This document shows, piece after piece, positions 39,670 through 48,926 of a stretch of DNA of 48,926 bases. The stretch comes from Coprothermobacterota bacterium. GTDB taxonomy: Bacteria; Coprothermobacterota; HKB111. How positions within the stretch are numbered: the stretch's first letter is position 1; every line of letters begins with the position of its first letter. The DNA is taken from NCBI GenBank assembly GCA_037440465.1, contig JBBIUB010000008.1:1-48926 (forward strand), given 5' to 3'. Both the position numbers and the translations under genes were made by a program. Under the pieces are notes generated by a model, which searched no databases, had not been told where the DNA came from, and saw nothing but the letters and a program-made list of their open reading frames with translations.

Positions 39670-40098
39670 TTATTTACTTAGCTTATCCAGTAGAAAGATC
39701 AAATTCTCTTCTATTTCTTTAAGCTTATTATCCTCAACGCCTGTCAAGGCTTCTCGCAAAACATGAATTCTGCTTTCAATGATGCCTGCAATAAAATTTT
39801 TCCCTTTTTCTTTGAGGTTGACTTTTACTACTCTTCTATCTTCAACTTCCCTAATTCTTTCAGCAAGCCCTTTGCTTTCAAGCGTATCCATATGGACAGT
39901 AACCGTAGAAGGGCTAAGGTCAAATTGATGGCTTAACTCACCTATAGGGATTAAAGGATGAGAGTTGAGATACATAAGGATATAAAGTTGAGAAAGATTT
40001 AGGCCCATTTTTGAGGCTTCTTTCCTCAAAACTGTATTAATTGCTCTATTAATATTTCTTAAAATCTGTTCTAATCGTGAAAATATTTCTTTATCCAT
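39670..40098 (-). CDS. MarR family transcriptional regulator (start at ATG 40098 after SD AGGGGG)
   Basis: GLNLSQLYIL, LSPSTVT..MD.LE.KGL.ER, DRRVVKVNL.EKG. Confidence 0.92.
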   Translation of the reverse strand: MDKEIFSRLEQILRNINRAINTVLRKEASKMGLNLSQLYILMYLNSHPLIPIGELSHQFDLSPSTVTVHMDTLESKGLAERIREVEDRRVVKVNLKEKGKNFIAGIIESRIHVLREALTGVEDNKLKEIEENLIFLLDKLSK

Positions 40099-40125
40099 GT
40101 TTCCCCCTTTAATATTACAAATAAA

Positions 40126-40169
40126 ATATTCGCACATCTAAATATACGCTATTTAAATTAACTTGTCAA
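40126..40169 (-). promoter_or_regulatory. marR-MATE promoter with an imperfect inverted repeat overlapping -10/TSS
   Basis: TTGACA (40169-40164), 17 bp, TATATT (40146-40141); ATATTTAGATGTGCGAATAT. Confidence 0.6.
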
Positions 40170-40230
40170 TGGTAAAAAGGGGTCAACTCTATTTATCGGG
40201 TATTATTTTACTATTTATGCTCATATCTAA

Positions 40231-40298
40231 CATTCTTCCCCCTTGCGGGGGAGAACTAAGGTGGGGGGGTATTCTGACTCCTGATTTCGGGATTCTGT
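40231..40298 (+). repeat. Family A palindrome plus 7-bp microsatellite remnant
   Basis: TTCCCCCTTGCGGGGGAG..AGGTGGGGGG; GTATTCTGACTCCTGA, whose reverse complement matches TCAGGAGTCAGAATAC at 45155-45170. Confidence 0.75.
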
Positions 40299-40307
40299 TT
40301 TTTTACC

Positions 40308-41561
40308 CTATCTCATCCAGAAAAACCACAGAAGTAAGTGAATTGTAGCTACTGCTGCTACCGTAAAGGGAACCCCTATCTTAAGATATTCAATAAGATT
40401 TACTTTGTATCCTTTTTTCTCCAGCATGCCACAGGCAAAAACATTGGCTGCAGCACCAACAGGCGTGATATTACCTCCTGAACCAGTACCAACTACCATC
40501 CCAAAAAGGAATGGAAAAGCTGAGATGCCCATAAAAGAAGCCAGGTAATTACAGACAGGTATCATCAAAACTGTGTAAGGAACATTATCCATAAAGGAAG
40601 AGGCTACCACCGACAGCCAAATTAAAATGCCCAGCATTACAGCAGGGCTATTTATACCAAGACCTGCAACAAGGTTAGAAAAATCCCTCAGAAGTCCACT
40701 CACTTCCAGAGAACAAATAACTATAAAAATCCCCACAATAAAGAAAAGGGAATTCCAGTCAAATTCCAGAATCATCTCCTTAGCTTTTTTCCATTCAAGG
40801 AGAATGGCCAACAAACCCGCAACCAGTCCTACCACACCCATTCGAATCCCAAAGTTCGGTCCAATTACCAGTGCTAACACGCCTAAAATAAAGAGTATAG
40901 TTGCCCAGGGGGTGACTTTTATTATCTCTTCTTCAATATCAACTATTTTCCTCATTTTCCTGAACTGGAATAAAAGCGTAAGAAGAGCCACTATTACCCC
41001 AAGAATCGTTAGTGTACCCAAGCCTGGCTTTCCCTGAAACCAGTAAAAATCCTGAAACTTAAGTCCACTCTCCAGAGCCAGAATAATAGCAGGAGGATCC
41101 GCTACCATGGTTACAGTGGTTACCACATTAGAGCTGATGGCTATAGCCACCATATAAGGGAAAAGGGAAGATCCCAGACGACGACTGACTTCTATTGCCA
41201 CTGGTGCCATCATCAGAACAACACCCACATTCTCCATAAAGGAAGAAAGAAAAGCCGTTATGGCACATAAAGCCAAAATAGCATATCTTTCTTCTTTAAC
41301 CTTCTTGAGAATTGTATTAGCCATATAAGCAGGAAATCCACTTTCGGTAAAGGCGATAGAAACCATCATGAAGCCCCAATAAATACCAAGAACATCCCAT
41401 TTTATAGCTTTAAAAAGAGCTGTCTCCAGTGATATGGCACCGGTAACGATAAGAATGGCAGCAGAAGATATAGAAACATAAGCCAGTTTGAAACGACGGG
41501 ACACCGCAAGAACATAACAAACTATAAATACAACCAGAATTATAATTTTATCAGCACCCAT
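40308..41561 (-). CDS. ArsB/NhaD/SLC13 (IT superfamily) anion or Na+ permease
   Basis: About 11-12 TM; SSFMENV, TMVADPP, SSFMDNVP, GGNITPVGAAAN. Confidence 0.85.
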   Translation of the reverse strand: MGADKIIILVVFIVCYVLAVSRRFKLAYVSISSAAILIVTGAISLETALFKAIKWDVLGIYWGFMMVSIAFTESGFPAYMANTILKKVKEERYAILALCAITAFLSSFMENVGVVLMMAPVAIEVSRRLGSSLFPYMVAIAISSNVVTTVTMVADPPAIILALESGLKFQDFYWFQGKPGLGTLTILGVIVALLTLLFQFRKMRKIVDIEEEIIKVTPWATILFILGVLALVIGPNFGIRMGVVGLVAGLLAILLEWKKAKEMILEFDWNSLFFIVGIFIVICSLEVSGLLRDFSNLVAGLGINSPAVMLGILIWLSVVASSFMDNVPYTVLMIPVCNYLASFMGISAFPFLFGMVVGTGSGGNITPVGAAANVFACGMLEKKGYKVNLIEYLKIGVPFTVAAVATIHLLLWFFWMR

Positions 41562-41677
41562 TTCTTCTCCCTTTCCCTAAAAATTAGGGACGTTTCTTAA
41601 TTTTTATAATTGACACAATTACATACCTTATAATATTTTTATATACCCTATAATTATAGAGTAAGGAGGCAACAGAA

Positions 41678-42310
41678 ATGAAGGATCCCATAAAACATAT
41701 AGAGGAAATCTGGAACATCCTGGAAAAAAGTTACCCGGATGCCCGACTCCTTTTAAATTTTCAAAATCCTTTAGAACTTCTCATAGCCAGTATACTTGCT
41801 GCTCTCTGTACAGATGAAAAAGTTAACCAGATAACCAGAGAACTCTTCAAAAAATACCCTACAGCTCTTGATTATGCAGATTCTGACCTCCAAACTCTTG
41901 AAAAGGAAATATGGCAAACTGGCTTTTATCGGCAGAAAGCTAAATCCATAAAAGGCTGCGCTAGAAAGCTGGTAGACGAATTTAACGAGGAGGTTCCAGA
42001 TAACCTAAAAGACCTCCTGAAATGTCAGGGTGTGGGTAGAAAGACAGCCAATCTTGTCCTGGGAAATGCCTTTCATAAACCTGCCCTACCGGTGGACACT
42101 CATGTGAAAAGGGTAGCCCAGCGATTAGGGCTAACAACCCATGAAGACCCTGATAAAATAGAAGAAGACCTGACCCAACTTCTTCCAAAAGAACGCTGGT
42201 TGCGTTTCAGCCACCTCCTGGGTTTTCACGGTAGGAAGGGCTGTGCTGCTAAAAAACCTATCTGCCCTACCTGTTTTCTTAGAGAATACTGTTTATTTGT
42301 AAACTTGTAA
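41678..42310 (+). CDS. nth: Endonuclease III
   Basis: HhH GVGRKTAN, PVDTHV, 4Fe-4S motif C-x6-C-x2-C-x5-C. Confidence 0.95.
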   Translation: MKDPIKHIEEIWNILEKSYPDARLLLNFQNPLELLIASILAALCTDEKVNQITRELFKKYPTALDYADSDLQTLEKEIWQTGFYRQKAKSIKGCARKLVDEFNEEVPDNLKDLLKCQGVGRKTANLVLGNAFHKPALPVDTHVKRVAQRLGLTTHEDPDKIEEDLTQLLPKERWLRFSHLLGFHGRKGCAAKKPICPTCFLREYCLFVNL

Positions 42311-42364
42311 TTCTTATCGTAAACCCTTAATAAATGTTAAAGAACAAAAACTCTATTTTTTTTG

Positions 42365-43549
42365 TTAGACCCTCTCAAAAATTGCAGCTATTCCCATGCC
42401 TCCTCCAACACATAGAGAAACCAAGCCCATATTTACCTTACGCCTTTCCATTTCGTGAAGGAGTTTAACCGTCAAGATGGCACCGCTGGCTCCGATAGGA
42501 TGACCAAGGGCAATTGCTCCACCATTCACATTGAGTTTTTCTTCGGGTATAGGAACTTCTCTTAAAACAGCCAATGACTGTGCAGCAAAAGCCTCATTAA
42601 GTTCAAAAAGGTCAATATCTCTCAGAGTCAATCCACCACGCTCCAGCGCCTTCTGCATTGCCAGAACAGGTCCCAAGCCCATTAATGCAGGTTCCAGCCC
42701 TGATACTGCATATGACCTGAGATACCCCATAACAGGAAAGCCCATTTCTTTCGCCTTATCTTCAGAAGACACCAGCATCAAGGCTGCACCATCATTTATA
42801 CCAGATGTATTACCTGCTGTTACTGTCCCATCTTTCTTGAATGCAGGCTTAAGAGCCGCCAGCTTATCTAACGAAGTTTCTCTCCTTGGATGTTCATCAA
42901 CCTTAAAGACTAGGGGTTCTTTTTTAGAAGGAAGAGATACACCAACAATTTGGTTTTCAAATCTCCCTTCATCTATAGCTTTTATAGCTTTAAGCTGGCT
43001 TTTATAAGCAAAATCATCCTGTTCTTCTCTGGAGATTAAATACTTCTCAGCTAATCCTTCTACTGTTAAACCCATATGATAATCTCCAAAAGCATCCCAT
43101 AACCCATCATAGACCATCCCATCAAGAAGGTCTTCCCGGGGCATACTTAGCCTATAACCGTAGCGAGCTTTCTTGAGAAGGTAGGGAGCCAGGTCCATAT
43201 TTTCTATGCCACCAGCCACCATCAAACCACTATCACCTGCCTGGATTGACTGGGCAACGGTTATAATCGCTTGAAGACCCGACCCGCAAACCCTGTTTAT
43301 TGTCTGAGCGGGGGCACTAACCGGTAACCCTCCCCTAATTGCTACCTGCCTAGCAGGATTCATTCCTTGCCCAGCCTGCAGGACACTTCCAATAATACAA
43401 TCCGATATTGATGCAGGGTTTATATTACTTCTATTTATTATCTCTTTAAGAATAACTGCCCCCAACTCAACTGCAGGAACATCCTTGATGGTTCCACCAA
43501 AAGTACCTATGGCAGTTCGTAGAGGATAAGAAACTACTATCTTTTTCAT
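42365..43549 (-). CDS. Acetyl-CoA C-acetyltransferase (thiolase)
   Basis: NRVCGSG, NEAFAAQ, GAIALGHPIGASG, CVGGGMG. Confidence 0.96.
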   Translation of the reverse strand: MKKIVVSYPLRTAIGTFGGTIKDVPAVELGAVILKEIINRSNINPASISDCIIGSVLQAGQGMNPARQVAIRGGLPVSAPAQTINRVCGSGLQAIITVAQSIQAGDSGLMVAGGIENMDLAPYLLKKARYGYRLSMPREDLLDGMVYDGLWDAFGDYHMGLTVEGLAEKYLISREEQDDFAYKSQLKAIKAIDEGRFENQIVGVSLPSKKEPLVFKVDEHPRRETSLDKLAALKPAFKKDGTVTAGNTSGINDGAALMLVSSEDKAKEMGFPVMGYLRSYAVSGLEPALMGLGPVLAMQKALERGGLTLRDIDLFELNEAFAAQSLAVLREVPIPEEKLNVNGGAIALGHPIGASGAILTVKLLHEMERRKVNMGLVSLCVGGGMGIAAIFERV

Positions 43550-43666
43550 GATACAAAACTCCTTTTTTTTGTTATGGTTTATTTTAATTTTATGTTCTTA
43601 GTAGGGTTTGTTTATTTTCAACTACTCGTCACCTGTCACATTTTACTCTTTACCCATTACAGTTTT

Positions 43667-44323
43667 TTATACTTCCATAACCTTTAATTCGTCGCTGACC
43701 TTAAAGTCAGCTTCAGTATCCTTCCTTACATCCTCCACCGTTTTATCAGGTGCTATCTCCTTAAGAAGCAGACCCTCTTTTGTAACCTCAAATACTCCCA
43801 TTTCGGTTACTATAAGACTTACTCTGCCTTTAGCCGTGAGGGGCAGAGTACATCTATTAAGTATCTTAGGGCTGCCTTTGGCTGTATGTTCCATAGCCAC
43901 GATGACTCTTTTAGCACCCATAACCAGGTCCATTGCTCCACCTATTCCAGGAACCAATTTACCAGGAATCATCCAGTTGGCAATACTTCCCTCAGCATCC
44001 ACTTGTAGAGCACCCAGAACTGTGGCATCCAGATGACCCCCACGAATTATAGAAAAAGACATTAGAGAATCAAAGAAAGAACCTCCGGGTAAAATTACTC
44101 TCGGATTTCCACCAGCATCAGTTACATCAGGGTCAACAGGAACACCTGCGTTCTGTGGAGTTGTTCCCATCCTAACCATCCCATTCTCTGCATGAAGATG
44201 CACTGTTATATCAGACGGGATGAAGTTCGCCACCAGAAGAGGGATGCCAAAGCCAAGATTAATAACATCACCATCTTTGAATTCTTTAGCCACCCTGTAA
44301 GCAATAAGCTCTCTCATATCCAT
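43667..44323 (-). CDS. atoA: 3-oxoacid/acetoacetate CoA-transferase beta subunit (start ATG 44323)
   Basis: INLGFGIP, HAENG (catalytic Glu), GGHLD.TVLGALQV, GGAMDL. Confidence 0.9.
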   Translation of the reverse strand: MDMRELIAYRVAKEFKDGDVINLGFGIPLLVANFIPSDITVHLHAENGMVRMGTTPQNAGVPVDPDVTDAGGNPRVILPGGSFFDSLMSFSIIRGGHLDATVLGALQVDAEGSIANWMIPGKLVPGIGGAMDLVMGAKRVIVAMEHTAKGSPKILNRCTLPLTAKGRVSLIVTEMGVFEVTKEGLLLKEIAPDKTVEDVRKDTEADFKVSDELKVMEV

Positions 44324-44330
44324 AGAAAGA

Positions 44331-44996
44331 TTACCTCCCACCTGAAGTTATTATATAATCCACCAAAATACCTGGCGTTCCTACCCTGTCAGGGTCAATC
44401 TTCCCAATTTCTACAACTTCTTCTGCCTCTGCTATCACTAAATCAGCAGCCAGGCACATTACAGGGTTAAAATTACAGGCAGTGCCATGATACATTAAAT
44501 TACCAAATCTATCAGCTTGTTTTGCTTTAATAATAGCTAAATCAGCACCCAGAGGAAGCTCAAGAAGGTATTCCTTATCATTAAGGGTAATTTTCTGTTT
44601 CCCTTCTTCTATCAGAGTCCCAACTCCCACAGGAGTAAGAATTCCCCCTAAACCTGTGCCTTTTGCCCTGATTCTTTCCAGAAGCGTGCCCTGGGGGCTA
44701 AACTCTATTTCTAATTCTCCAGAACCAAACTGCCTTTGAGTTTCAGGATTTGTACCGATGTGAGTGCAGATTAGTTTTTTTACAACCTTTGCTTCTATTA
44801 ATCGCGCAACGCCTTTTCTCGGGTAGGAAGTATCATTTACTATTACTTTGAGGTCTTTCACACCAGAATTTAGAAGAAAATCAATAAGAATTTCTGAAGT
44901 ACCTACTCCAAGAAAACCTGCAACCATAACTGTCATACCATCGTAAACTTTCACAACTTCAGATAAATTATCTATGTTTATCAGTTTTTTCCGCAC
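44331..44996 (-). CDS. atoD: 3-oxoacid/acetoacetate CoA-transferase alpha subunit (start GTG 44996)
   Basis: DGMTVMVAGF, PQGTL.ERIRA.G.GLGG, GNL.Y..TA.NFNP, TPGILVD. Confidence 0.9.
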   Translation of the reverse strand: MRKKLINIDNLSEVVKVYDGMTVMVAGFLGVGTSEILIDFLLNSGVKDLKVIVNDTSYPRKGVARLIEAKVVKKLICTHIGTNPETQRQFGSGELEIEFSPQGTLLERIRAKGTGLGGILTPVGVGTLIEEGKQKITLNDKEYLLELPLGADLAIIKAKQADRFGNLMYHGTACNFNPVMCLAADLVIAEAEEVVEIGKIDPDRVGTPGILVDYIITSGGR

Positions 44997-45069
44997 TAAT
45001 ATTCCTCCCTTCTTATATTGGCTAACCAAATATTTGTTTGTCTACCAGAGATATAATACCACAGGTAAT

Positions 45070-45232
45070 GGGGTCAGGCTTGACAATCGTCATATTCTGG
45101 AATACACGAAATGTAGAAGTTAGGAATCAAGTGATAGGAGACAAGATTAATAATTCAGGAGTCAGAATACATATTCCCTCACCCAAGCAGGGAAAGGGTA
45201 GGGCGAGGGGGTGTGTTAGGAGGGGAAGAATA
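45070..45232 (+). repeat. Composite repeat hotspot (GGGGTCAGG element, 7-bp microsatellite, family A/B)
   Basis: 45070-45120 is similar to the reverse complement of 48868-48926; TCAGGAGTCAGAATAC; AGGGGGTGTGTTAGGAGGGGAAGA. Confidence 0.75.
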
Positions 45233-45258
45233 TGTTAGTATATTTTCAGGAGAAGATA

Positions 45259-45738
45259 ATGGAAAATTCTCATCTTAAAGACCTCACTATTGCTGCTTTG
45301 ATAGGAGCGATGTATGTGGTTCTTACCTTGCTAATAGCACCTATAAGCTACGGACCCCTTCAGTTCAGGGTTGCTGAAGCCTTAACAGTTCTCCCATACC
45401 TTTTTCCCCAAGCCATAATTGGACTCTTCATAGGCTGTCTTATCTCCAATATTAACAGTCCCTTCGGTCTAATTGACATCTTACTTGGAAGTCTTTCTAC
45501 TTTGGTTGCTGCTTACCTGACATACAAGGCTCCAAAGCCCATTTTAGCTCCCCTCCCACCAATATTGATTAATGCCATTGTAGTATCTGCCTATATAAGT
45601 TATATAATTAAAGTCCCTTATTACTTAACAGCACTGTATATAATGATTTCCCAGACTATAATATGCTATGGTCTGGGTTATCCTCTTCTTATTCTTCTCC
45701 TTAAAAGAAAAGGATTCCAGCAACAACTATTCCCTTAA
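45259..45738 (+). CDS. queT: QueT family (queuosine-precursor ECF S-component) transporter (start ATG 45259)
   Basis: AALIGAMYVVLT...PISYGPLQFRVAEALTVLP...GLFIGCLISN..SPFG.ID...G. Confidence 0.82.
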   Translation: MENSHLKDLTIAALIGAMYVVLTLLIAPISYGPLQFRVAEALTVLPYLFPQAIIGLFIGCLISNINSPFGLIDILLGSLSTLVAAYLTYKAPKPILAPLPPILINAIVVSAYISYIIKVPYYLTALYIMISQTIICYGLGYPLLILLLKRKGFQQQLFP

Positions 45739-45782
45739 AAGAAGGAAAATAAATTGAAAACAAAAAAACAGGAGGCGTCTAA

Positions 45783-46265
45783 ATGGAGCTCAAGATAGTT
45801 AAGATAGATAACCCGGAAGGATATAATTTTATCCTTGGTCAATCTCACTTTATTAAGACTGTGGAAGACCTGCACGAGGTTTTAGCTGCTTCGTCTCCGC
45901 GGTTGAAATTCGGAATAGCCTTTGCAGAATCTTCAGGATTGAGACTGGTGCGATTCTCAGGTAACGATGAAGAATTGACTGATCTTGCCAGGAACAACCT
46001 CATCAATATAGGAGCAGGCCACACCTTTATAGTCTTTTTGAAAGAAGGATTTCCTATTAATGTATTAAACGCTATAAAGATGGTCAGTGAAGTCTGTAAT
46101 ATTTATGCCGCTTCAGCTAATCCCCTTGAAGTTGTTGTGGCTGAAACAGAACAAGGTAGAGGTATCCTGGGAGTAATTGATGGTGGTTCACCTCTGGGCG
46201 TGGAAGGAGAAGAAGAAATTAAAGCGAGGAAAGAACTTTTAAGAAGGTTCGGGTATAAATTGTAA
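45783..46265 (+). CDS. Adenosine-specific kinase / AMP-binding protein (DUF355)
   Basis: [47 protein letters not shown]. Confidence 0.88.
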   Translation: MELKIVKIDNPEGYNFILGQSHFIKTVEDLHEVLAASSPRLKFGIAFAESSGLRLVRFSGNDEELTDLARNNLINIGAGHTFIVFLKEGFPINVLNAIKMVSEVCNIYAASANPLEVVVAETEQGRGILGVIDGGSPLGVEGEEEIKARKELLRRFGYKL

Positions 46266-46267
46266 GA

Positions 46268-46291
46268 AACAAGAGGGGGTAGGGGGTGTGT
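46268..46291 (+). repeat. Family B half-copy
   Basis: AACAAGAGGGGGTAGGGGGTGTGT identical to 36108-36131. Confidence 0.8.
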
Positions 46292-46307
46292 CGTTTGGCT
46301 CACTACC

Positions 46308-46535
46308 CTATTTTTCTACAACGCGGAAAATTGCTCCCTGTGAAGTTGATTGAACATAGGGGCAGCCTTTACATTTAAACCCACCAGCAAGCGGCTTTAG
46401 TCTCCCCTCAATGATGAGCTCTTTCTTTATCTCCTCCCATTCCTCAAGAGACACTCCAAGTTCCCTCCTTATTTCCAAAGGAATAGTGGTTTTATTTTCT
46501 TTAATAAACTTCAGAACTTCTTCCTTCTTAGACAT
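46308..46535 (-). CDS. FeoC-like winged-helix protein (start ATG 46535)
   Basis: Follows feoB; wHTH-like region followed by CKGCP. Confidence 0.7.
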   Translation of the reverse strand: MSKKEEVLKFIKENKTTIPLEIRRELGVSLEEWEEIKKELIIEGRLKPLAGGFKCKGCPYVQSTSQGAIFRVVEK

Positions 46536-46549
46536 TTCGGCTCTGCTCC

Positions 46550-48547
46550 TTAACGCCACCCTAGTAAAACACCCAACTGATAAACTGTGATGCCCATCCC
46601 TGTCGCCAGAAAAAGGTTATAGGTTATAGTAAAGAGTGTCCACTTTAAAGACCTCGTCTCTCTGTAAATGGAAGCTATAGTAGCAATGCAGGGGATATAA
46701 AGGATTGTGACAATGAGATAAACCAGAGCCACAAGTGGAGAAATCCTCAGAGGTAAAATGGCTGCTAAACCTTCTTCCCCTGTACCATAAAGAACAGCCA
46801 GCGTAGAGAGAGTAGCTTCCTTTGCAACCAAGCCTGTAAGAAGAGAGGTAGTAAGTTCTCTGTCAAAACCCATTAGACGGGTCACAGGCAAGAGAATACT
46901 GCCCACCTGCCCTAAGATGCTCTCAGAAAGTGTTGCTCCGGGCGGGAAAGAGGCAAGCGCCCAGACTATAACAGACAAAACTACTATTACTGTCCCAGCC
47001 CTGTAAAGAAATGCTTTTATTCTATCTAAAGAAAATATAAGAATAGTCTTAAAGTGAGGTAAATGGTATAGAGGTAACTCCATAAGCATCTGAGGAACTT
47101 CTGTTTTAAAGATGTATTTCCTGAAAAGAGCACCCACTATAAAGAGAAGTAGGAGGTCAAGAAGGATGAGTGCTACAACTACCAGCGTGGCTTTCTGACC
47201 AAAGAAGGCTCCTGCCACCAGAGCCATTACACCCAGCCTTGCTCCACAGGGAATTAGAGGATTAAGTAGAACTGCCAGTATCCTGTCTTCTTCTTTGTCA
47301 AGGATACGTGTGGCCATCACTCCGGCAATGTTACAACCATACCCCATCAGGAAAGAGAAGAATACTTTTCCCTGAAGACCTACCAGCCCCATAAGGCGGT
47401 CTAAAAGAAAAGCAATTCTGGATAGATACCCTGAATTTTCCAACAAAGAAAAGAGGAGGAAAAATATTGTAATGAGTGGTAAAAAAATCATCACTCCTCC
47501 CACGCCTGCCAGGATACCGTCTATTATCAGGCCTTGAAGCCAGTAAGGAGCTCCAGTTAGAATGGTTTTCAAATATCCGCTTAGAGCCGAGAATCCTTCT
47601 TCTATGGACTTCTGGAAGTATGGACTTAAATTAAACGTTAGATAAAAGAGAGAAAAAAGAGTACCGAGAAGTATAGGAATGCCTAAAAGTGGTGATAATA
47701 CTATCCTATCAAAACGGTCGGTGAAGCTCTCACCTTTCCTTATTTTCTCCAGAACCCTATCCACAATTCCTTCTACGAAGTTATGCCTATACTGGCTCAT
47801 TTTCTGAGCTCGTCCTATAGGAGCAATCACTCCTTCTAATTTCAAGTGCCCAAGGACTATTTCATCCTCTTCAAGAGCTTTAACTGCTGCAAAACGAGGC
47901 GGGTACGGGGGATGTCCACCCATAGCCCGGGTCAACTCCTGAATGGTCTCTTCTTCCTCTTCATAATCCACCATAGCTACCTTACTTGAGGACGGGTGCT
48001 CTATTTCTTCAAATATTGCCACTAAAAGATTTTGAATATCTTCTCTCTTGGTTGCTACTATGGGCACCACCCTAACTCCCAGAAGTTCTTCCAGTTCCTT
48101 TGCACTAATTTTGTAACCTTCAGCTATGGCTAAATCCATCATATTAAGAGCTACAATTACCCGTGGTGTGAGCTCCAGAAGTTCCATTGTAAGCAGGAGA
48201 TTTCGTTCGAGATTACTGGCATCAACTGTGTTAACCACCAGATTGGGCTTCTCTTCCACAATATAATCGCGACTTATCAATTCTTCAGCTGAGAGAGCAG
48301 AAAGAGAGTAAATACCGGGGAGGTCTATAATCTCTATCTCCCTACCACCATAACTAAGCTTGCCTTCTTTCTTTTCTACCGTCTTACCTGGCCAGTTACC
48401 CACATGCTGTTTAAGTCCGCAAAGAGAATTAAAAAGGGTGGATTTTCCAACATTAGGACTTCCAGCTAAGGCTATTCTAATAGAGCCTTCTTTGTCAGGT
48501 GAAACGAGCATTGGTATATCAGCACCCGAATCGTGGCAGGACTTCAT
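46550..48547 (-). CDS. feoB: Ferrous iron transporter B
   Basis: GSPNVGKS, VGNWPGKTVE, DLPG, NMMD, GYGCN, PCGARL, ELPLY, YIPCIAT. Confidence 0.96.
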   Translation of the reverse strand: MKSCHDSGADIPMLVSPDKEGSIRIALAGSPNVGKSTLFNSLCGLKQHVGNWPGKTVEKKEGKLSYGGREIEIIDLPGIYSLSALSAEELISRDYIVEEKPNLVVNTVDASNLERNLLLTMELLELTPRVIVALNMMDLAIAEGYKISAKELEELLGVRVVPIVATKREDIQNLLVAIFEEIEHPSSSKVAMVDYEEEEETIQELTRAMGGHPPYPPRFAAVKALEEDEIVLGHLKLEGVIAPIGRAQKMSQYRHNFVEGIVDRVLEKIRKGESFTDRFDRIVLSPLLGIPILLGTLFSLFYLTFNLSPYFQKSIEEGFSALSGYLKTILTGAPYWLQGLIIDGILAGVGGVMIFLPLITIFFLLFSLLENSGYLSRIAFLLDRLMGLVGLQGKVFFSFLMGYGCNIAGVMATRILDKEEDRILAVLLNPLIPCGARLGVMALVAGAFFGQKATLVVVALILLDLLLLFIVGALFRKYIFKTEVPQMLMELPLYHLPHFKTILIFSLDRIKAFLYRAGTVIVVLSVIVWALASFPPGATLSESILGQVGSILLPVTRLMGFDRELTTSLLTGLVAKEATLSTLAVLYGTGEEGLAAILPLRISPLVALVYLIVTILYIPCIATIASIYRETRSLKWTLFTITYNLFLATGMGITVYQLGVLLGWR

Positions 48548-48823
48548 TCATCCACCCTCTCCGTTAGTACGCTTAATAATTTTCCTCACCAGGATTTTTA
48601 AAGCCACACCCCGACCTAGAGCCACTTTCCCTCCATTCACCTTTACAGCCAGAAGCCCAAAAGATATGTGAGCTACTGTAAGATGAAGACCGGGAATTAT
48701 TCCAAGAGAATTAAGACGGTGAATAACACCTTTACCACCCCTTATTTCTTCCACTATTCCACCCTCTCCTACTTTAAGGAACAGAAGTGGTACTACCTCA
48801 TCATCCTTGATATTGTTAAGCAT
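48548..48823 (-). CDS. feoA: Ferrous iron transport protein A (start probably ATG 48823)
   Basis: LKVGE.G.V..IRGG....RL.SLGIIPG...VALGRGVA.KI.V. Confidence 0.9.
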   Translation of the reverse strand: MLNNIKDDEVVPLLFLKVGEGGIVEEIRGGKGVIHRLNSLGIIPGLHLTVAHISFGLLAVKVNGGKVALGRGVALKILVRKIIKRTNGEGG

Positions 48824-48858
48824 GCTTAAGTTTAGCATGCTTAACTCTACCCTGTCAA
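48815..48858 (-). promoter_or_regulatory. feo promoter with a tandem palindromic operator (DtxR/MntR-family-like)
   Basis: TTGACA (48858-48853), 18 bp, TG-extended TAAACT; 31-bp GTTAAGCATGCTTAAGTTTAGCATGCTTAAC at 48815-48845. Confidence 0.7.
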
Positions 48859-48867
48859 GACTTTTTG

Positions 48868-48926
48868 ACTTCTACATCTGGAGTATATCAAGATATGACG
48901 ATTGTCAAATGCGTAGACCTGACCCC
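48868..48926 (-). repeat. GGGGTCAGG-type repeat, cut by the window edge
   Basis: Reverse complement GGGGTCAGGTCTACGCATTTGACAATCGTCATATCTTGATATACTCCAGATGTAGAAGT versus GGGGTCAGGCTTGACAATCGTCATATTCTGGAATACACGAAATGTAGAAGT at 45070. Confidence 0.8.

Noticed and set aside
40163..40348. 61-aa ORF containing ILPPCGGELRWGG
   Set aside because: It is a translation of repeat DNA, has no SD and overlaps the permease 3' end.
45038..45238. 66-aa ORF ending GRARGCVRRGRIC
   Set aside because: It is read-through of the composite repeat; its likeness to the prmC insert (ACVRGGRG) reflects the shared repeat.
45030..45258. preQ1 riboswitch expected upstream of queT
   Set aside because: No recognisable preQ1 stem plus A-rich tail; the region is made of repeat fragments. 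An Infernal/Rfam scan would settle it.

Overview
A 48.9 kb, AT-rich bacterial chromosomal segment made mostly of housekeeping and metabolic genes. The gene content (GH57 pair, cupin-type PGI, SLH-fused transporters) suggests an anaerobic deep-branching lineage near Dictyoglomota/Caldisericota/Coprothermobacterota; this is inference only. In order: a decayed transposase, cspA, trpS, cupin PGI and rrf2-iscS-iscU. Then a ~17 kb minus-strand run: two GH57 enzymes, HD protein, M23 peptidase, tdk, prfA, prmC, trxB, PP2C phosphatase, Ser/Thr kinase-PEGA-PQQ, mtaD-mtnP-mtnA and nagA. Next come a DUF4388 protein and two divergent peptide/nickel-family ABC operons whose substrate-binding proteins carry N-terminal SLH domains and flank a transposase-like HTH gene. 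The window ends with a polysaccharide deacetylase, groES-groEL, marR-MATE, an ArsB/NhaD-type permease, nth, CoA-transferase plus thiolase, queT, a DUF355 protein and feoABC. I found no tRNA, rRNA or CRISPR array. The most unusual signals are: (1) several families of miniature palindromic or microsatellite repeats that nest inside each other and sit in frame inside prmC; (2) a 418-bp IS607/TnpB-derived mini-element, bounded by an 8-bp direct repeat, at the PP2C-kinase ATGA junction, which it re-creates; (3) the SLH-SBP divergon with mirror promoters, palindromic operators and a leaderless IS481-like HTH gene. All calls come from reading motifs; no searches were run.
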